The translations under genes and the position numbers were made by a program. From Candidatus Latescibacterota bacterium (GTDB taxonomy: Bacteria > Latescibacterota > UBA2968 > UBA8231): a stretch of 64,000 nucleotides of DNA. The stretch lies in NCBI GenBank assembly GCA_963422735.1, contig OY730476.1:2848001-2912000 (forward strand), read 5' to 3'. The notes beneath the pieces were generated by a model. It saw nothing but the letters and a program-made list of their open reading frames with translations. It was not told the DNA's origin and did not search any database. Below, piece after piece: positions 39,013-49,099 of this stretch (position 1 is the first letter of the stretch; every line of letters starts with the position of its first letter).

Positions 39013-40578
39013 ATGAACTCAGTAGCATATTTTTTACTGGCTCTGTGCCTGTTGTACCCTACCCTGACCTTTGGCGACGAACGCCCTGATGTCCAGCAGA
39101 TACAGGTTGTAGTACAGCGCTTCTACGAGGCGTGGAACCAACAGGACTTCGTCGCCGCTGAAGACCTAATTGGCGAGAGCGTCGTCGAACTCGACATGCG
39201 CGACCGCCGGGAGCCACAGACTTGGATTTTGCGCAAGGTGCAGTCCCGCGAGGAGTTCCTCGACGGGATTGTCGGCGAGTGGACTGGCGGCGACGGTTGG
39301 GACTACGACGAGGAAATCCACCAGTACATCAAGAAGGCCGAGTTTTTCGACATCCTCCTGTGGGGCGATCGGGCCATGGCTATAACGCAGGAGCACTTGG
39401 TAGGCGCGTCCGGTCCTGCGGGCAAGGAGCAATACAGTGCCTATTTGCTCGACCGGGGGGATGGCAACTGGAAGATCGCCGGCGTCCTCCACCAAGTACC
39501 CGCCGAAGAATACAAGACAGTCGCAGTCGAGCCACGCGGCGAGCGGCTCCGCGTCCGCATCTTCGTCGATGGGGGCGACGAGGTGTTCGCAGATGGCGAG
39601 GGCCTGTGGGTCGAGCACCGCTACGGTGCCCTGCCCGGGCGGCACGAGGACGGCGATGGCTTTTCGCCCGTCGAGGTCAATGGAGTGCGTTGGCAACCCG
39701 TCTGGCAGGGCGACAGGACCCGCAAGGTGTATTTTGCCGACCGGGTTGCATGGCCTTCCGGCACTCAGTACCGCCTAGTCAAGCACGAGGCGCGCGACGT
39801 CGCGCAGTTGGAAAGGAAACCCCAAGCACCCGGCGACACCCTCAGCATCGTCTTAGCCGACCAAGATAGCGGAGCCGATTGGTACGACGTGGAGGTGCGC
39901 TGGGGCGACGAGGCAGCCGACCCCGGCGCAGGGCTGCCCGAGCCAAACCCGCCCGGCCGCGAGGACTTGCTCATCGAAGTCCTATTCGATGGCGAGATCC
40001 GCGACACCAGCCCGCATCAGCACCCGCTCAAAAACGTTAAAGTAGTGCTCACCGAGGACCGCGCTGGCACCAAAGACAGTGCCGGTTATTTCGATGGCGA
40101 GGCTGTCGTCGATATAGAAGGCTTTTTGCTAGATGGCCCCTTCAGCGTCTCAATCTGGGCCAAATACGACGAGATCGAAACGCGCCCTTATTGGTGGAAC
40201 AACTGCATCTGGGCGCAGGACAACGGCGGCGGAGTGCGCGTCTTCCAGCTCAGTACCTTGGGACGGCGAGTCACTTGGCACCGGATGCGCGACGACGAGG
40301 ATGACCTGCATTCCAAGCTCCTTTTGCGCAAGGGGCACTGGTACCATTTCGCGGCCGTCTTCGACGGAGATTATCACCGGCTCTTCGTCGATGGCGCGTT
40401 GCAGGAGCAGAAGCAAAGCGCGGTCGAAACCTCGCCCGACCAGCCCATTTACATCGGCGCGAAAAACCTCGACGAGACGGACTTCTTCTTCACCGGGGCC
40501 TTAGACGATGCACGGCTCTACGGGCGCGTACTGACAACCGCGGAAATCAGCGCGCTCTACCAAGGCTTGGCCGAATGA
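39013..40578 (+). CDS. Secreted protein: SnoaL/NTF2-like + uncharacterised domain + LamG (concanavalin A-like)
   Basis: Signal peptide; VVQRFYEAWN...WKIA; WYHFAAVFDG...FTGALDDARLY. Confidence 0.75.
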   Translation: MNSVAYFLLALCLLYPTLTFGDERPDVQQIQVVVQRFYEAWNQQDFVAAEDLIGESVVELDMRDRREPQTWILRKVQSREEFLDGIVGEWTGGDGWDYDEEIHQYIKKAEFFDILLWGDRAMAITQEHLVGASGPAGKEQYSAYLLDRGDGNWKIAGVLHQVPAEEYKTVAVEPRGERLRVRIFVDGGDEVFADGEGLWVEHRYGALPGRHEDGDGFSPVEVNGVRWQPVWQGDRTRKVYFADRVAWPSGTQYRLVKHEARDVAQLERKPQAPGDTLSIVLADQDSGADWYDVEVRWGDEAADPGAGLPEPNPPGREDLLIEVLFDGEIRDTSPHQHPLKNVKVVLTEDRAGTKDSAGYFDGEAVVDIEGFLLDGPFSVSIWAKYDEIETRPYWWNNCIWAQDNGGGVRVFQLSTLGRRVTWHRMRDDEDDLHSKLLLRKGHWYHFAAVFDGDYHRLFVDGALQEQKQSAVETSPDQPIYIGAKNLDETDFFFTGALDDARLYGRVLTTAEISALYQGLAE

Positions 40579-42515
40579 CCATTACAGCGAGAAAGACCCG
40601 TCCCATGCATCAGACGCGATTGTTAGTCAGCGCGTTACTGATCCTAGCCGCCGGCGCGGCCCGAGCCGAGGAATGGCCCTATTACGCGGCCGACGCCAAG
40701 AGCAGCAAATACGCGCCCCTGTCGCAGATTGACGGCACCAACTTCGCCCGGTTACAGGAGGTTTGGCGCTACGCACCCCCCGACAGCGCAATCGCCGCGG
40801 CCGAGGACATCTGGACCCGGTCGAACAAGGGCACTCCGCTGGTCATCGATGGCGTGCTGTACTACGGGTCGCCCTTCAACGTCCTCTGCGCCGTCGATCC
40901 GACAAACGGCCAAGAGCTGTGGACCTTCGACCCCCGGGCTTGGGAGGATCGGGGCGATTTCTGGGGCTTTTCGCGCGGCATCGCCTACTGGCAAAGCGGC
41001 GACAAGAAGCGCATCTTCTACGGCACGGCTTCCGATCGCCTCTATTCAATCGACGTCGAGACCGGCCAACCCGACCTCGCGTTCGGCAAGGGCGGCTTCG
41101 TCGATCTAGGCAAGGGACTACGTCGCCGCATCGACCGCAGCCGCTACTGCATCACGTCGCCGCCGATCGTCTGCCGCGACGTGGTGGTGGTGGGTTCCGG
41201 CATCACCGACTGGCACGACCGGCCTCCGGCCAAATACTCCACCCCCGGCGATGTGCGCGGCTTCGACGCCCACACCGGCGAGCAGGTGTGGGTCTTCCAG
41301 ACCGTGCCGCAAGAGGGCGAGTACGGCAACGACACTTGGGAAAACGACGCCTACCAGACCTATGGCCAAGCCAATGTATGGGCCGCCATGAGCGCCGACC
41401 ACGAGCTAGGCTACGTGTATCTCCCCGTCAGCAGCACCACCCACAACCACTACGGCGGCGAGCGCCCGGGTGCTAACCTTTTCAGCCAGACCTTAGTCTG
41501 CCTAAAGGCGGCAACCGGCGAGCGCGTCTGGCACTACCAGCTCATCCATCACGGCCTGTGGAACTACGACCCGCCGGCACCGCCGGTCCTAGCCGATATA
41601 GAAGTAAAAGGCAAAGCGATCAAGGGGCTAGCCATAGTGAGCAAACAGGCCTTTTGCTATGTATTCGACCGCACGACGGGCGAACCGGTCTGGCCGATCA
41701 AAGAGCACAAGGTGCCCAAGTCGAAAACTCCGGGCGAGCAAAGCTGGCCGACCCAGCCCTTCCCCAACAAGCCCGCGCCCTACGACCGCCAGGGTCTGCA
41801 GGAGGACGACCTGATCGACTTTACGCCCGAGTTGCGGAAAAAGGCACTGGCGATCCTGCAAAAATACGAGCACGGCCCGCTGTTCACCCCGCCCAGCGAA
41901 AAGGGTACGCTGGTATTGCCCGGGGGCTTGGGCGGTTCGGATTGGAGCGGCGCGGCGCTGGTGCCAAAAGAAAACGTGCTCTACGTGCCTTCGCGCACCC
42001 GTCCCGACATCGTGCGGCTAGAAAAGGTGGAGGGCCTGCGCGCCTTTTCGGACTACGCCTTTTTCAAGGACGACTCCGAATACGTCGATGGCCTACCGCT
42101 GACCAAGCCCCCCTACGGCCGGATTACCGCCATCGACTTAGACACCGGCGAGCACGTTTGGATGCGTCCGGTGGGCAAAGGCCCGGTCAATCACAAGGCC
42201 CTGCGCGACCTCGACCTGCCCGCTATGGGCTGGTTCCACTACAACTTTGTGCTCGCTACTGAGACCGTGCTGGTGGTGGTCTCGCACAACCCCGCCTGGT
42301 GGGGAGATGTCAGCAGCGACGCCTTTGTCGAAAATGGGCCCTATCTACGCGCCTTCGACCTAAATACAGGCGCAGTGCTGGCCGAGATGGAATTCCCCGG
42401 CCACCCCAACGGAAGCCCCATAAGCTATATGGCCGACGGGCGTCAGTATATCGTCTTTCCAATCAATAGCGACGACTGGGTGCCGCAGCTTTTGGCGCTT
42501 TCACTGCCGGAGTGA
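40575..42515 (+). CDS. PQQ-dependent dehydrogenase (quinoprotein glucose dehydrogenase-like)
   Basis: EWPYY, TPLVIDG, WHYQLIHHGLWNYD, KPPYG and GRQYIV motifs. Confidence 0.9.
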   Translation: MTITARKTRPMHQTRLLVSALLILAAGAARAEEWPYYAADAKSSKYAPLSQIDGTNFARLQEVWRYAPPDSAIAAAEDIWTRSNKGTPLVIDGVLYYGSPFNVLCAVDPTNGQELWTFDPRAWEDRGDFWGFSRGIAYWQSGDKKRIFYGTASDRLYSIDVETGQPDLAFGKGGFVDLGKGLRRRIDRSRYCITSPPIVCRDVVVVGSGITDWHDRPPAKYSTPGDVRGFDAHTGEQVWVFQTVPQEGEYGNDTWENDAYQTYGQANVWAAMSADHELGYVYLPVSSTTHNHYGGERPGANLFSQTLVCLKAATGERVWHYQLIHHGLWNYDPPAPPVLADIEVKGKAIKGLAIVSKQAFCYVFDRTTGEPVWPIKEHKVPKSKTPGEQSWPTQPFPNKPAPYDRQGLQEDDLIDFTPELRKKALAILQKYEHGPLFTPPSEKGTLVLPGGLGGSDWSGAALVPKENVLYVPSRTRPDIVRLEKVEGLRAFSDYAFFKDDSEYVDGLPLTKPPYGRITAIDLDTGEHVWMRPVGKGPVNHKALRDLDLPAMGWFHYNFVLATETVLVVVSHNPAWWGDVSSDAFVENGPYLRAFDLNTGAVLAEMEFPGHPNGSPISYMADGRQYIVFPINSDDWVPQLLALSLPE

Positions 42516-42618
42516 AGCTGGGCGGCGGAAAGTTCCGAACTGACTTGTATTCAAGTGAGAATGCCGGGGGTAGAGTTCCACCAAGCGCAGAGTGCATGCT
42601 CAAAGGTGGGATTCGGCA

Positions 42619-43747
42619 CTATGGGCCGCACCGGACACCAAGCGGAACCGAGCAGGGGTTCAGCCCATAAGCCAACGGCCAGATTGAGCGAGGGCGACCT
42701 CTTTCCCGCAAACCGGCGCGGTCGTTCGGCTGAGCGCCGACGAGAGCGGCATGGTCCTGCAAACGCCGCAGATCAGCCGCGTCAGGGGCACTGCTCAACT
42801 TGATCTCAAAGGCCCATACGTGGCCGCGATACTTCAGCAGCAAGTCAATCTCCCGCTGGTCGCTGGTCCGCAGATAGAACGCCTCGCAAGCGCGGCCAGC
42901 ACTTTGCAGGTGGCCTAATAGCTGCTCGATCACCCATCCTTTCCAACTCGTTCCGACCCACGGCTGGTCAAATACGTGGCTTTCGCGTTCGAGACCCAGC
43001 AAAGAATGCAAGAGCACCGTATCGCGCCAGTAGAGCTTGGGACGCTTGACGAAGCGTTTGTGTAGATTCGCAGTATAGGCCGGCAGCCGACGGATCAGGA
43101 AGGCCTGCTCTATGAAGTCGGTATATGTATTGACGGTGTGATAACTCAACCCCAAGCTCTTGCCAAGTTGGGAAGCGTTCCACATCTGGCCGTGCAGCGC
43201 GGCCAACATGCGGAAGAGCCGCTGAATGAGCACTGGCTGGGCGGGCAGGCCCCAAGAAGGTAGGTCGCGCTGGGCCATGAGCGCGAGGTAGTTTTGCTGC
43301 CAATCGGAGAAGCGGCTGGCGTCGAGGATGCCGCCGTCGGAATAACCTCCCCTTTGCCAGAGGCTATCCCACTCTTCAGCGAGCCGTTCCAGCGCCAGGA
43401 AACCGGTGAGTTCGCACAGGGCTAGGCGCATCAGGGCGGGAGCAACCGAGCCGAGAACCATAGCACTTGCTGTCCTCGTCGATGGCCGCACACAAGCGCG
43501 GAAAGAGTTCGGGCTTGGCTTGGATTTCATCGAGGGTAACCAACTGCTGCGTTCCCATCAATTCTTCCCAAGTGACTTCGAGACGCAGCCGGTCTTGGGG
43601 ATTTTCTAGATCAAAATAATGGCCCTCGAATGCTTTAGCTAGGGTCGTCTTATCCGTCTGGCGCGCCCCGCTCAGGGCCACGGCCGGATAGTGCGAGAGT
43701 TGAGCGTCGATTTGCCTTTTAAGCAATCTAGAGATCATATCTGGCAA
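42619..43747 (-). pseudogene. Second AAA_14 + DUF4143 protein, frameshifted
   Basis: GARQTDKTT, DEIQ, RGGY, KRPKLYWRDT and REIDL...EIK split over two frames. Confidence 0.85.
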
Positions 43748-43771
43748 AATAGAAATGAATTTCTATTTTGC
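43744..43771. promoter_or_regulatory. Perfect AT-rich palindrome at the start of the AAA_14/DUF4143 gene (operator-like)
   Basis: GCAAAATAGAAAT-GA-ATTTCTATTTTGC, 13-bp arms. Confidence 0.55.
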
Positions 43772-43821
43772 AAATTCTCGCCACGCGGAAGCGAGCCAGC
43801 TTGTAGAGCGGATCTGCTACC

Positions 43822-45006
43822 TCACCCTGTCCCTCTCGCGCCAGCGTCGAGGGCGCGCACCGCGGCAATAGCCGCGGCAATCCACCTGAGATTGCGCCGA
43901 GAAATCATACCGTAATTGTAATACGAGAATCGACGCGCCCCTGTTTCGCAAACCGCGGTGATGACCGCTCGCATCTGTTCGGCGCTATCTATGGGTTTGT
44001 GGCCGTTCAGGCCACAGATCAACATGGACGGATCCTCCATGCCGGCTAGGGTCTCCTCCGCTTTCTGGCTGGCCTCCTCCGGCGAGTTGCTGTAGCACAG
44101 GATATTGACCCGGTCAACGATCTTTTCGATGGCTTTGCGCTCAATGCCATTGTTGTAATAATTGCCCATGTACAAGAAAGAGACGGGCATTTTTACGGCC
44201 TCTTTTACCTCCGCGGCCAACGACGTCACCGTATCCGCCCGCATTTTTACGTACTCGTGTACCAAGGGCTGGTCGGCGACAAATTCTTCCACGCTGCGCT
44301 CCAGCGGACCATCCTCGAAGATGCCCAAGAGCCATTTTTCCACCTTCCCCTTCAGCTCGCCTACATCCATGCCCCTGTCCGCGGCCCGTTGCGCACAATC
44401 AGCGCAAAAGCACAGCGACATCAACAGCGAGCCTACTGCTCCGAGCTCGACCCCCACTTTGGCGTGGTTGCGGAACATGCCAAAGCCCATATAGTGGAGG
44501 GATTCGTACTCGATCATCTGCACATCGTAGTTGGTCGCCAAGTCCAAACTCAAGCCGCGTACGTACTCCCGCACCTCGGGATTGGCCGGACACAGGCAAC
44601 CCGGATAGCGATCCCCAAACACGCCAAGCAGGGCGCAATCGGGATGCTGCTTGGCCATGTAGTGATTGTGGAGAGGCACGGTCCACGAAATCAGTTCCAG
44701 ACCGCGCGCACGGCAAGCCTCGGCGATGATCCGCACCGGATCTTGGTCCCGGGCCATAGGATGCACGTGCGGCTTGATTTTGCTGCCTTGGTACAGCCCG
44801 CTCTGGGGCTGGAAGTAGATGGCGTCCTCGTACCCGGAAAAGAGCTTTTTGCCGGGCATGTGGGTGCGCAGTGCATCGTAGGTGTGATAGACCGTGGATA
44901 GGCTGATCGCATCCAGCCCTACCTCTTCCTTGAGGAAGCCGATGACGCGGTCCACCCCCTCGTCGATCACATCCCAAGGATAGGTCCACATAGTCGTATG
45001 GATCAT
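43822..45006 (-). CDS. Glycoside hydrolase-like TIM-barrel protein of unknown specificity
   Basis: YPWD, LCPANPEVREY and LCFCADC motifs. Confidence 0.55.
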   Translation of the reverse strand: MIHTTMWTYPWDVIDEGVDRVIGFLKEEVGLDAISLSTVYHTYDALRTHMPGKKLFSGYEDAIYFQPQSGLYQGSKIKPHVHPMARDQDPVRIIAEACRARGLELISWTVPLHNHYMAKQHPDCALLGVFGDRYPGCLCPANPEVREYVRGLSLDLATNYDVQMIEYESLHYMGFGMFRNHAKVGVELGAVGSLLMSLCFCADCAQRAADRGMDVGELKGKVEKWLLGIFEDGPLERSVEEFVADQPLVHEYVKMRADTVTSLAAEVKEAVKMPVSFLYMGNYYNNGIERKAIEKIVDRVNILCYSNSPEEASQKAEETLAGMEDPSMLICGLNGHKPIDSAEQMRAVITAVCETGARRFSYYNYGMISRRNLRWIAAAIAAVRALDAGARGTG

Positions 45007-45042
45007 GGTTATGCCTCCTTTTCGCCGAATGGCTAGTAGTGT

Positions 45043-46005
45043 CTATTCTTCTATGTCTAACGAGTCAGGTGCGCCAAATTTCAACTCGTGCCCGGCGGAC
45101 TGTTCCACCTGCCACACCCGCCAGTAGCCCCGCAGACGTCGAGTGAACTCCCGCGGCCGTTCCAAGTAGATGCGCTCTGCCAGCAGACGTGCCCGGGCCT
45201 GCATTCGAGCGCGCACCTCGTCAGTTCGCCTTTCCAAGGCACGCAACGTAGCCGTGGCTCCGGCCCTAGGGAACTCGGCCAAAACCGTGGCACTCAATAC
45301 CGCTAGGTCGTGATCCTGGCCTAGTAGTTCCCCTAGTTGGTCTAGTTCCGTGGCTCGGGCCTTCATGATCGACGGCCAGATATTCTCCAGTATCTGAGTG
45401 TGATACCACAGGTACTTCGCCTGTTTGCGCCAGTCGTGGAATGCCTCGTCGCCGGGCCGTTCGTAGGCTGCAGCAAAGTTGCGCCGGCCCCGCGCGTATA
45501 TCCGCTGCAATCCCACCCGGATCCCTCCCCAGCCTAAGTGCTGCAGATGCCAATTTTCCAAGCGCTCGCGGGCCTGCGCGAGGTCGGCGATCACCTCCTG
45601 AACGGCCCGATCACTGCTGGCCGCTTGGCTATATGCCCGGTCGCGGCGTTCCACCAGCCACACCCGCACTCGGACGAACCGGCTTTTCGGCACGTCTTTG
45701 CCCAGAGATTCCACCAAGCTGTCCAAAGTCTCGACCAAGACCGTGGAGTCGCGCAGCCCCGAAAGCCGCTGGCCGGCATCCCGATAGCACTGGTTTTCCA
45801 AGGCGTACACCTCGTCTCCCAGTTCGCAACGGACCAAGCGCACCAAGGCCCGCAGGCACTTGGTGGCCTTGCGGGCCTCGTGAATGTGCTTGTCTCGTTC
45901 CCCGTCCTGGCATCCGAGATGCACAAGGGCCTTATCGAGCTGTGCAGCGGCCATCCGCCGCACCCCTTCGGGCACGCTCTCACCCTGTTTCAGGCGATAT
46001 TCCAT
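45043..46005 (-). CDS. CHAD domain protein
   Basis: IHEARKATK, LRD, FHDWRKQAKYLWY and LGQDHDL motifs. Confidence 0.9.
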   Translation of the reverse strand: MEYRLKQGESVPEGVRRMAAAQLDKALVHLGCQDGERDKHIHEARKATKCLRALVRLVRCELGDEVYALENQCYRDAGQRLSGLRDSTVLVETLDSLVESLGKDVPKSRFVRVRVWLVERRDRAYSQAASSDRAVQEVIADLAQARERLENWHLQHLGWGGIRVGLQRIYARGRRNFAAAYERPGDEAFHDWRKQAKYLWYHTQILENIWPSIMKARATELDQLGELLGQDHDLAVLSATVLAEFPRAGATATLRALERRTDEVRARMQARARLLAERIYLERPREFTRRLRGYWRVWQVEQSAGHELKFGAPDSLDIEE

Positions 46006-46166
46006 GGAGCCAATCTATTTTTTAAACCTATGGTAGCGTTGCTATCCAATTTATACAACTGACGGTACGCACCTTAAGACCGCTTGCGGTTCTATGTCCA
46101 AGCGGATGGGTTTCCCTCCCGGCCTCATTTGAGACCGCGTGGCTCTGAATAAACCAAGGTGAGCTA

Positions 46167-46898
46167 TCACAATTTCAGCCTCTTAAAAATGCGCTCGGGG
46201 ATGCTCTTGACCGCGAGCATGATCCAGCGCCAAAAAAACGGAGTGTAGAGCACGTCTTTTTTTTGGCGATAGGCGCGCACGATGTCGGCGGCCACTCTCT
46301 CCGGCGACGCGACCCAAAAAAGCCCATCTAGCCCCTCGGTCATCGGCGTATCGACGAACCCGGGCTTGACGGTCAAAACGTGTACGGATGTCGCGGCTAA
46401 CCGGTTGCGCAGCCCTTGCAAGAAAATCGACAGCCCCCCCTTGGCCGCCCCATAGGTGTAGTTGCCCTGGCGGCCCCGATCGCCGGCCACGGACGAGATG
46501 GCAATAATACCAGCCGGCGTGCCCTTTTCTTCTAAATAGTTGGTCAAATGCGCGAGAGCGATGGCCGCGCCGGTGAAGTTGGCGTTGAGGATGTGGGCCA
46601 TCTCGTCGGTGTCGCGCTGCGCGGTGTGCGCGTCTCCGAGATAGCCGAAGGCGAGAACGACCAAATCGAAGGGGCCGACGCGCTCGTGAACCTGTTGCGG
46701 CAAGCGCGCCAAAGCCGCAAAGTCCAAGGCGTCGAACTCGATCAGTTCCACCTGGCACGAGCGTTTGAGCCGCAAGTTCGCGGCAAAAGGCTCCAGCTCA
46801 CTACACCCGCGGGCCGCCAGCGCGAAGTCATAGCTGTCGAGGCACTCGACGATGGCTTGGGCGATCGCCGACTTCGCCCCCAAAACCAAGGCCCTCAT
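46167..46898 (-). CDS. SDR oxidoreductase, DprE2-like
   Basis: LGAKSAIA, SSVAGDRGR..NYTYGAAK and KPGFVDTPMT motifs. Confidence 0.88.
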   Translation of the reverse strand: MRALVLGAKSAIAQAIVECLDSYDFALAARGCSELEPFAANLRLKRSCQVELIEFDALDFAALARLPQQVHERVGPFDLVVLAFGYLGDAHTAQRDTDEMAHILNANFTGAAIALAHLTNYLEEKGTPAGIIAISSVAGDRGRQGNYTYGAAKGGLSIFLQGLRNRLAATSVHVLTVKPGFVDTPMTEGLDGLFWVASPERVAADIVRAYRQKKDVLYTPFFWRWIMLAVKSIPERIFKRLKL

Positions 46899-48298
46899 GT
46901 GATCCCCAAGCGGTCGGATAGACAAGAGCGGAAGCGGTGCTCGGGGTCGTATTTGCGCTTGACCGCTTTGAATTGTTCCAGTTGCGGATACATAGCGGCG
47001 AAATCCTCCCTTTCCAAAATGGCATCCTTGGCCAGATAGACGCGGCCTTTGGCCTCGACGATGATTTTGTTTAGTGCGCGCAAGAAGGGGATCGTCCCGG
47101 CTTCGCGCAAGGGAATGTCCAGCGCGAGGGTATAACCAGCTATGGGAAAAGAAAGCAAGCCCTCGCTCGGCGGCCCAAAGGTCTTGAGCACAGCCAAGGG
47201 CGAAGCCACGCCTTGGCGGACGATGCGCCCGAGCAGGTCGGCGATCACCTCTGGACCATCGGCATAGGGCACGGCGATCTGGTATTGCAAAAAACCTCGG
47301 CGACCGTACAGGCGGTTCCAGCCGCGGATGGCGTCGAGCGGATAGAAGTACGGGTCGTAGTGGACGAGCGCGTCGGTCGCACGGCGCACTTGGCGATGGT
47401 AATAGAGGGCGTTAAACGCCTTCAGCAACTTGGCATTGAGTACGCCACCGGACAAGAAGAACGGCACGGCCCAGCGGCCATCGCCGTGGATGGAAAAGGG
47501 CGGCTTGCCCTTGAGATCGCGCACACTGGCGTGTTCCCCCAGCAAGACGCGGCCGCGTCCTAGCTGCCGGCCCTTTTGCAGGCTGTCAATCCACGCAACC
47601 GAATAGGTGTACTGATGCTGGGTCTCCGTGCAAACGCGGCACATCTCGGCCCAATTTGCCGTCTTGATGGCGCGCTGCCGGATGTACGCCGACGGCACCT
47701 TTTTTAGCCGCAGCGTCGCCGCATAGATAAAGCCCGTCAAGCCCATGCCGCCGAGCGTGGCCCAAAACAGGTCGGCGCACTGGTTGCGCGAGCAGCGCAC
47801 GAGCGAGCCATCGGCCAACACCATGTCCAGCGATTCGACAAAAGCGGCGATGGAACCCTCGGCGTGGTGGTTTTTGCCGTGGACATCCGCGGCAATGCAG
47901 CCACCGAGCGTGGGGAACTTGGTCCCCGGCGTAACGGGCGGGAAAAAGCCGCGCGGCAGGGCAAAGCGGATGATGTCCGCGAAGGTAATGCCGGCTTGAG
48001 CGTGCAAAAGCCCGCGCTGCGGATCGAAGTCGAGCAGGTGCTTGAGGGGCAGGGTGGAGACGACGCGCTCGTACAGACAGGCATCGCCGTAGGAGCGGCA
48101 ACTGCCTTGGGGCAAAATCGGAGTCGCGGCGGCGCGGCCGAGGTCGCTTAGGTAGTGCGCACGCTGAACCGAGGCGGCGACGAGCGGGTACAGCCCCCAG
48201 CCGGAAGTGGCGATTTTTTTGTCCAAGAGCCGAAGTAGGTCGAGTGATTTTTCTCTTAAAAAGATAATATGATAAATAATATGATGAACGTTACGCAT
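46895..48298 (-). CDS. FAD-linked oxidoreductase, DprE1-like (true start probably near 48225)
   Basis: RSYGD, PVTPGTKF.TLGG, DVHGKNHH, YSVAWID and GRVYLAKD motifs. Confidence 0.9.
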   Translation of the reverse strand: MRNVHHIIYHIIFLREKSLDLLRLLDKKIATSGWGLYPLVAASVQRAHYLSDLGRAAATPILPQGSCRSYGDACLYERVVSTLPLKHLLDFDPQRGLLHAQAGITFADIIRFALPRGFFPPVTPGTKFPTLGGCIAADVHGKNHHAEGSIAAFVESLDMVLADGSLVRCSRNQCADLFWATLGGMGLTGFIYAATLRLKKVPSAYIRQRAIKTANWAEMCRVCTETQHQYTYSVAWIDSLQKGRQLGRGRVLLGEHASVRDLKGKPPFSIHGDGRWAVPFFLSGGVLNAKLLKAFNALYYHRQVRRATDALVHYDPYFYPLDAIRGWNRLYGRRGFLQYQIAVPYADGPEVIADLLGRIVRQGVASPLAVLKTFGPPSEGLLSFPIAGYTLALDIPLREAGTIPFLRALNKIIVEAKGRVYLAKDAILEREDFAAMYPQLEQFKAVKRKYDPEHRFRSCLSDRLGIT

Positions 48299-48506
48299 CG
48301 TCCTGCCTGTGCGCGAGGCGCTGGTCGCCCTAGAGATGCTTCGCTTCCCTGCGCCTTGTTCACACCAGCTATCTATCTCGCCTAAAGGCGCGGTGAAGCA
48401 CCCTGCCTACTTCCCCGCGCCCTGTTGATGGGGTTTATTTTCCTTTATTTTTCGTTGATAGGAAGTTCGCACACCGCGCCTCAAGCAACATGAGAGGAGG
48501 GTTGCC

Positions 48507-49067
48507 ATGCTCAACCCCACGCCGGCCGTCAAGTTCACCTATGAAGACTACCGGCACACCCCAGAAGACCAGCGCTATGAGTTGTTGGACGGAAAGCTGA
48601 TTGTGGCCCCCGCGCCCAACTTAGGGCACCAGCGAATTGACACACGGCTAGGAGCACTGCTCCATACCTTCACACAGGAGAAAAACTTGGGCGAGGTCTT
48701 CCACGCGCCCTGCGACGTGGTGCTGTCAAATACGGACGTGGTACAGCCAGACCTGCTGTTCGTCTCCCACGAGCGAGCGCACCTGTTGCTCGGCGGCGAT
48801 AATGTCCTCGGCGCACCGGACTTGGCCGTCGAGATCCTGTCCCCGTCCACCGCTGGGCGAGACCGGAAGCTCAAACGCGCCCTATACGCCAAGCACGGCG
48901 TGAAGGAATATTGGCTGGTCGATCCAGATGCCCGGACGGTGACAGTGCTGCGGCTGGATGCGGGTGCCTTCGAGGTGGTGGCCCTGTACGGCGAGGGGCA
49001 GACGATGACCTCGCCCGCGCTCGCCGGCTTCACCGCTGACCTGAACGAAATTTTCGGCCCGCGCTGA
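48507..49067 (+). CDS. Uma2 family endonuclease
   Basis: [22 protein letters not shown] and EYWLVDP motifs. Confidence 0.92.
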   Translation: MLNPTPAVKFTYEDYRHTPEDQRYELLDGKLIVAPAPNLGHQRIDTRLGALLHTFTQEKNLGEVFHAPCDVVLSNTDVVQPDLLFVSHERAHLLLGGDNVLGAPDLAVEILSPSTAGRDRKLKRALYAKHGVKEYWLVDPDARTVTVLRLDAGAFEVVALYGEGQTMTSPALAGFTADLNEIFGPR

Positions 49068-49099
49068 TCCGGGTACTGGGCGAGGAGGTGAGTGCGACT

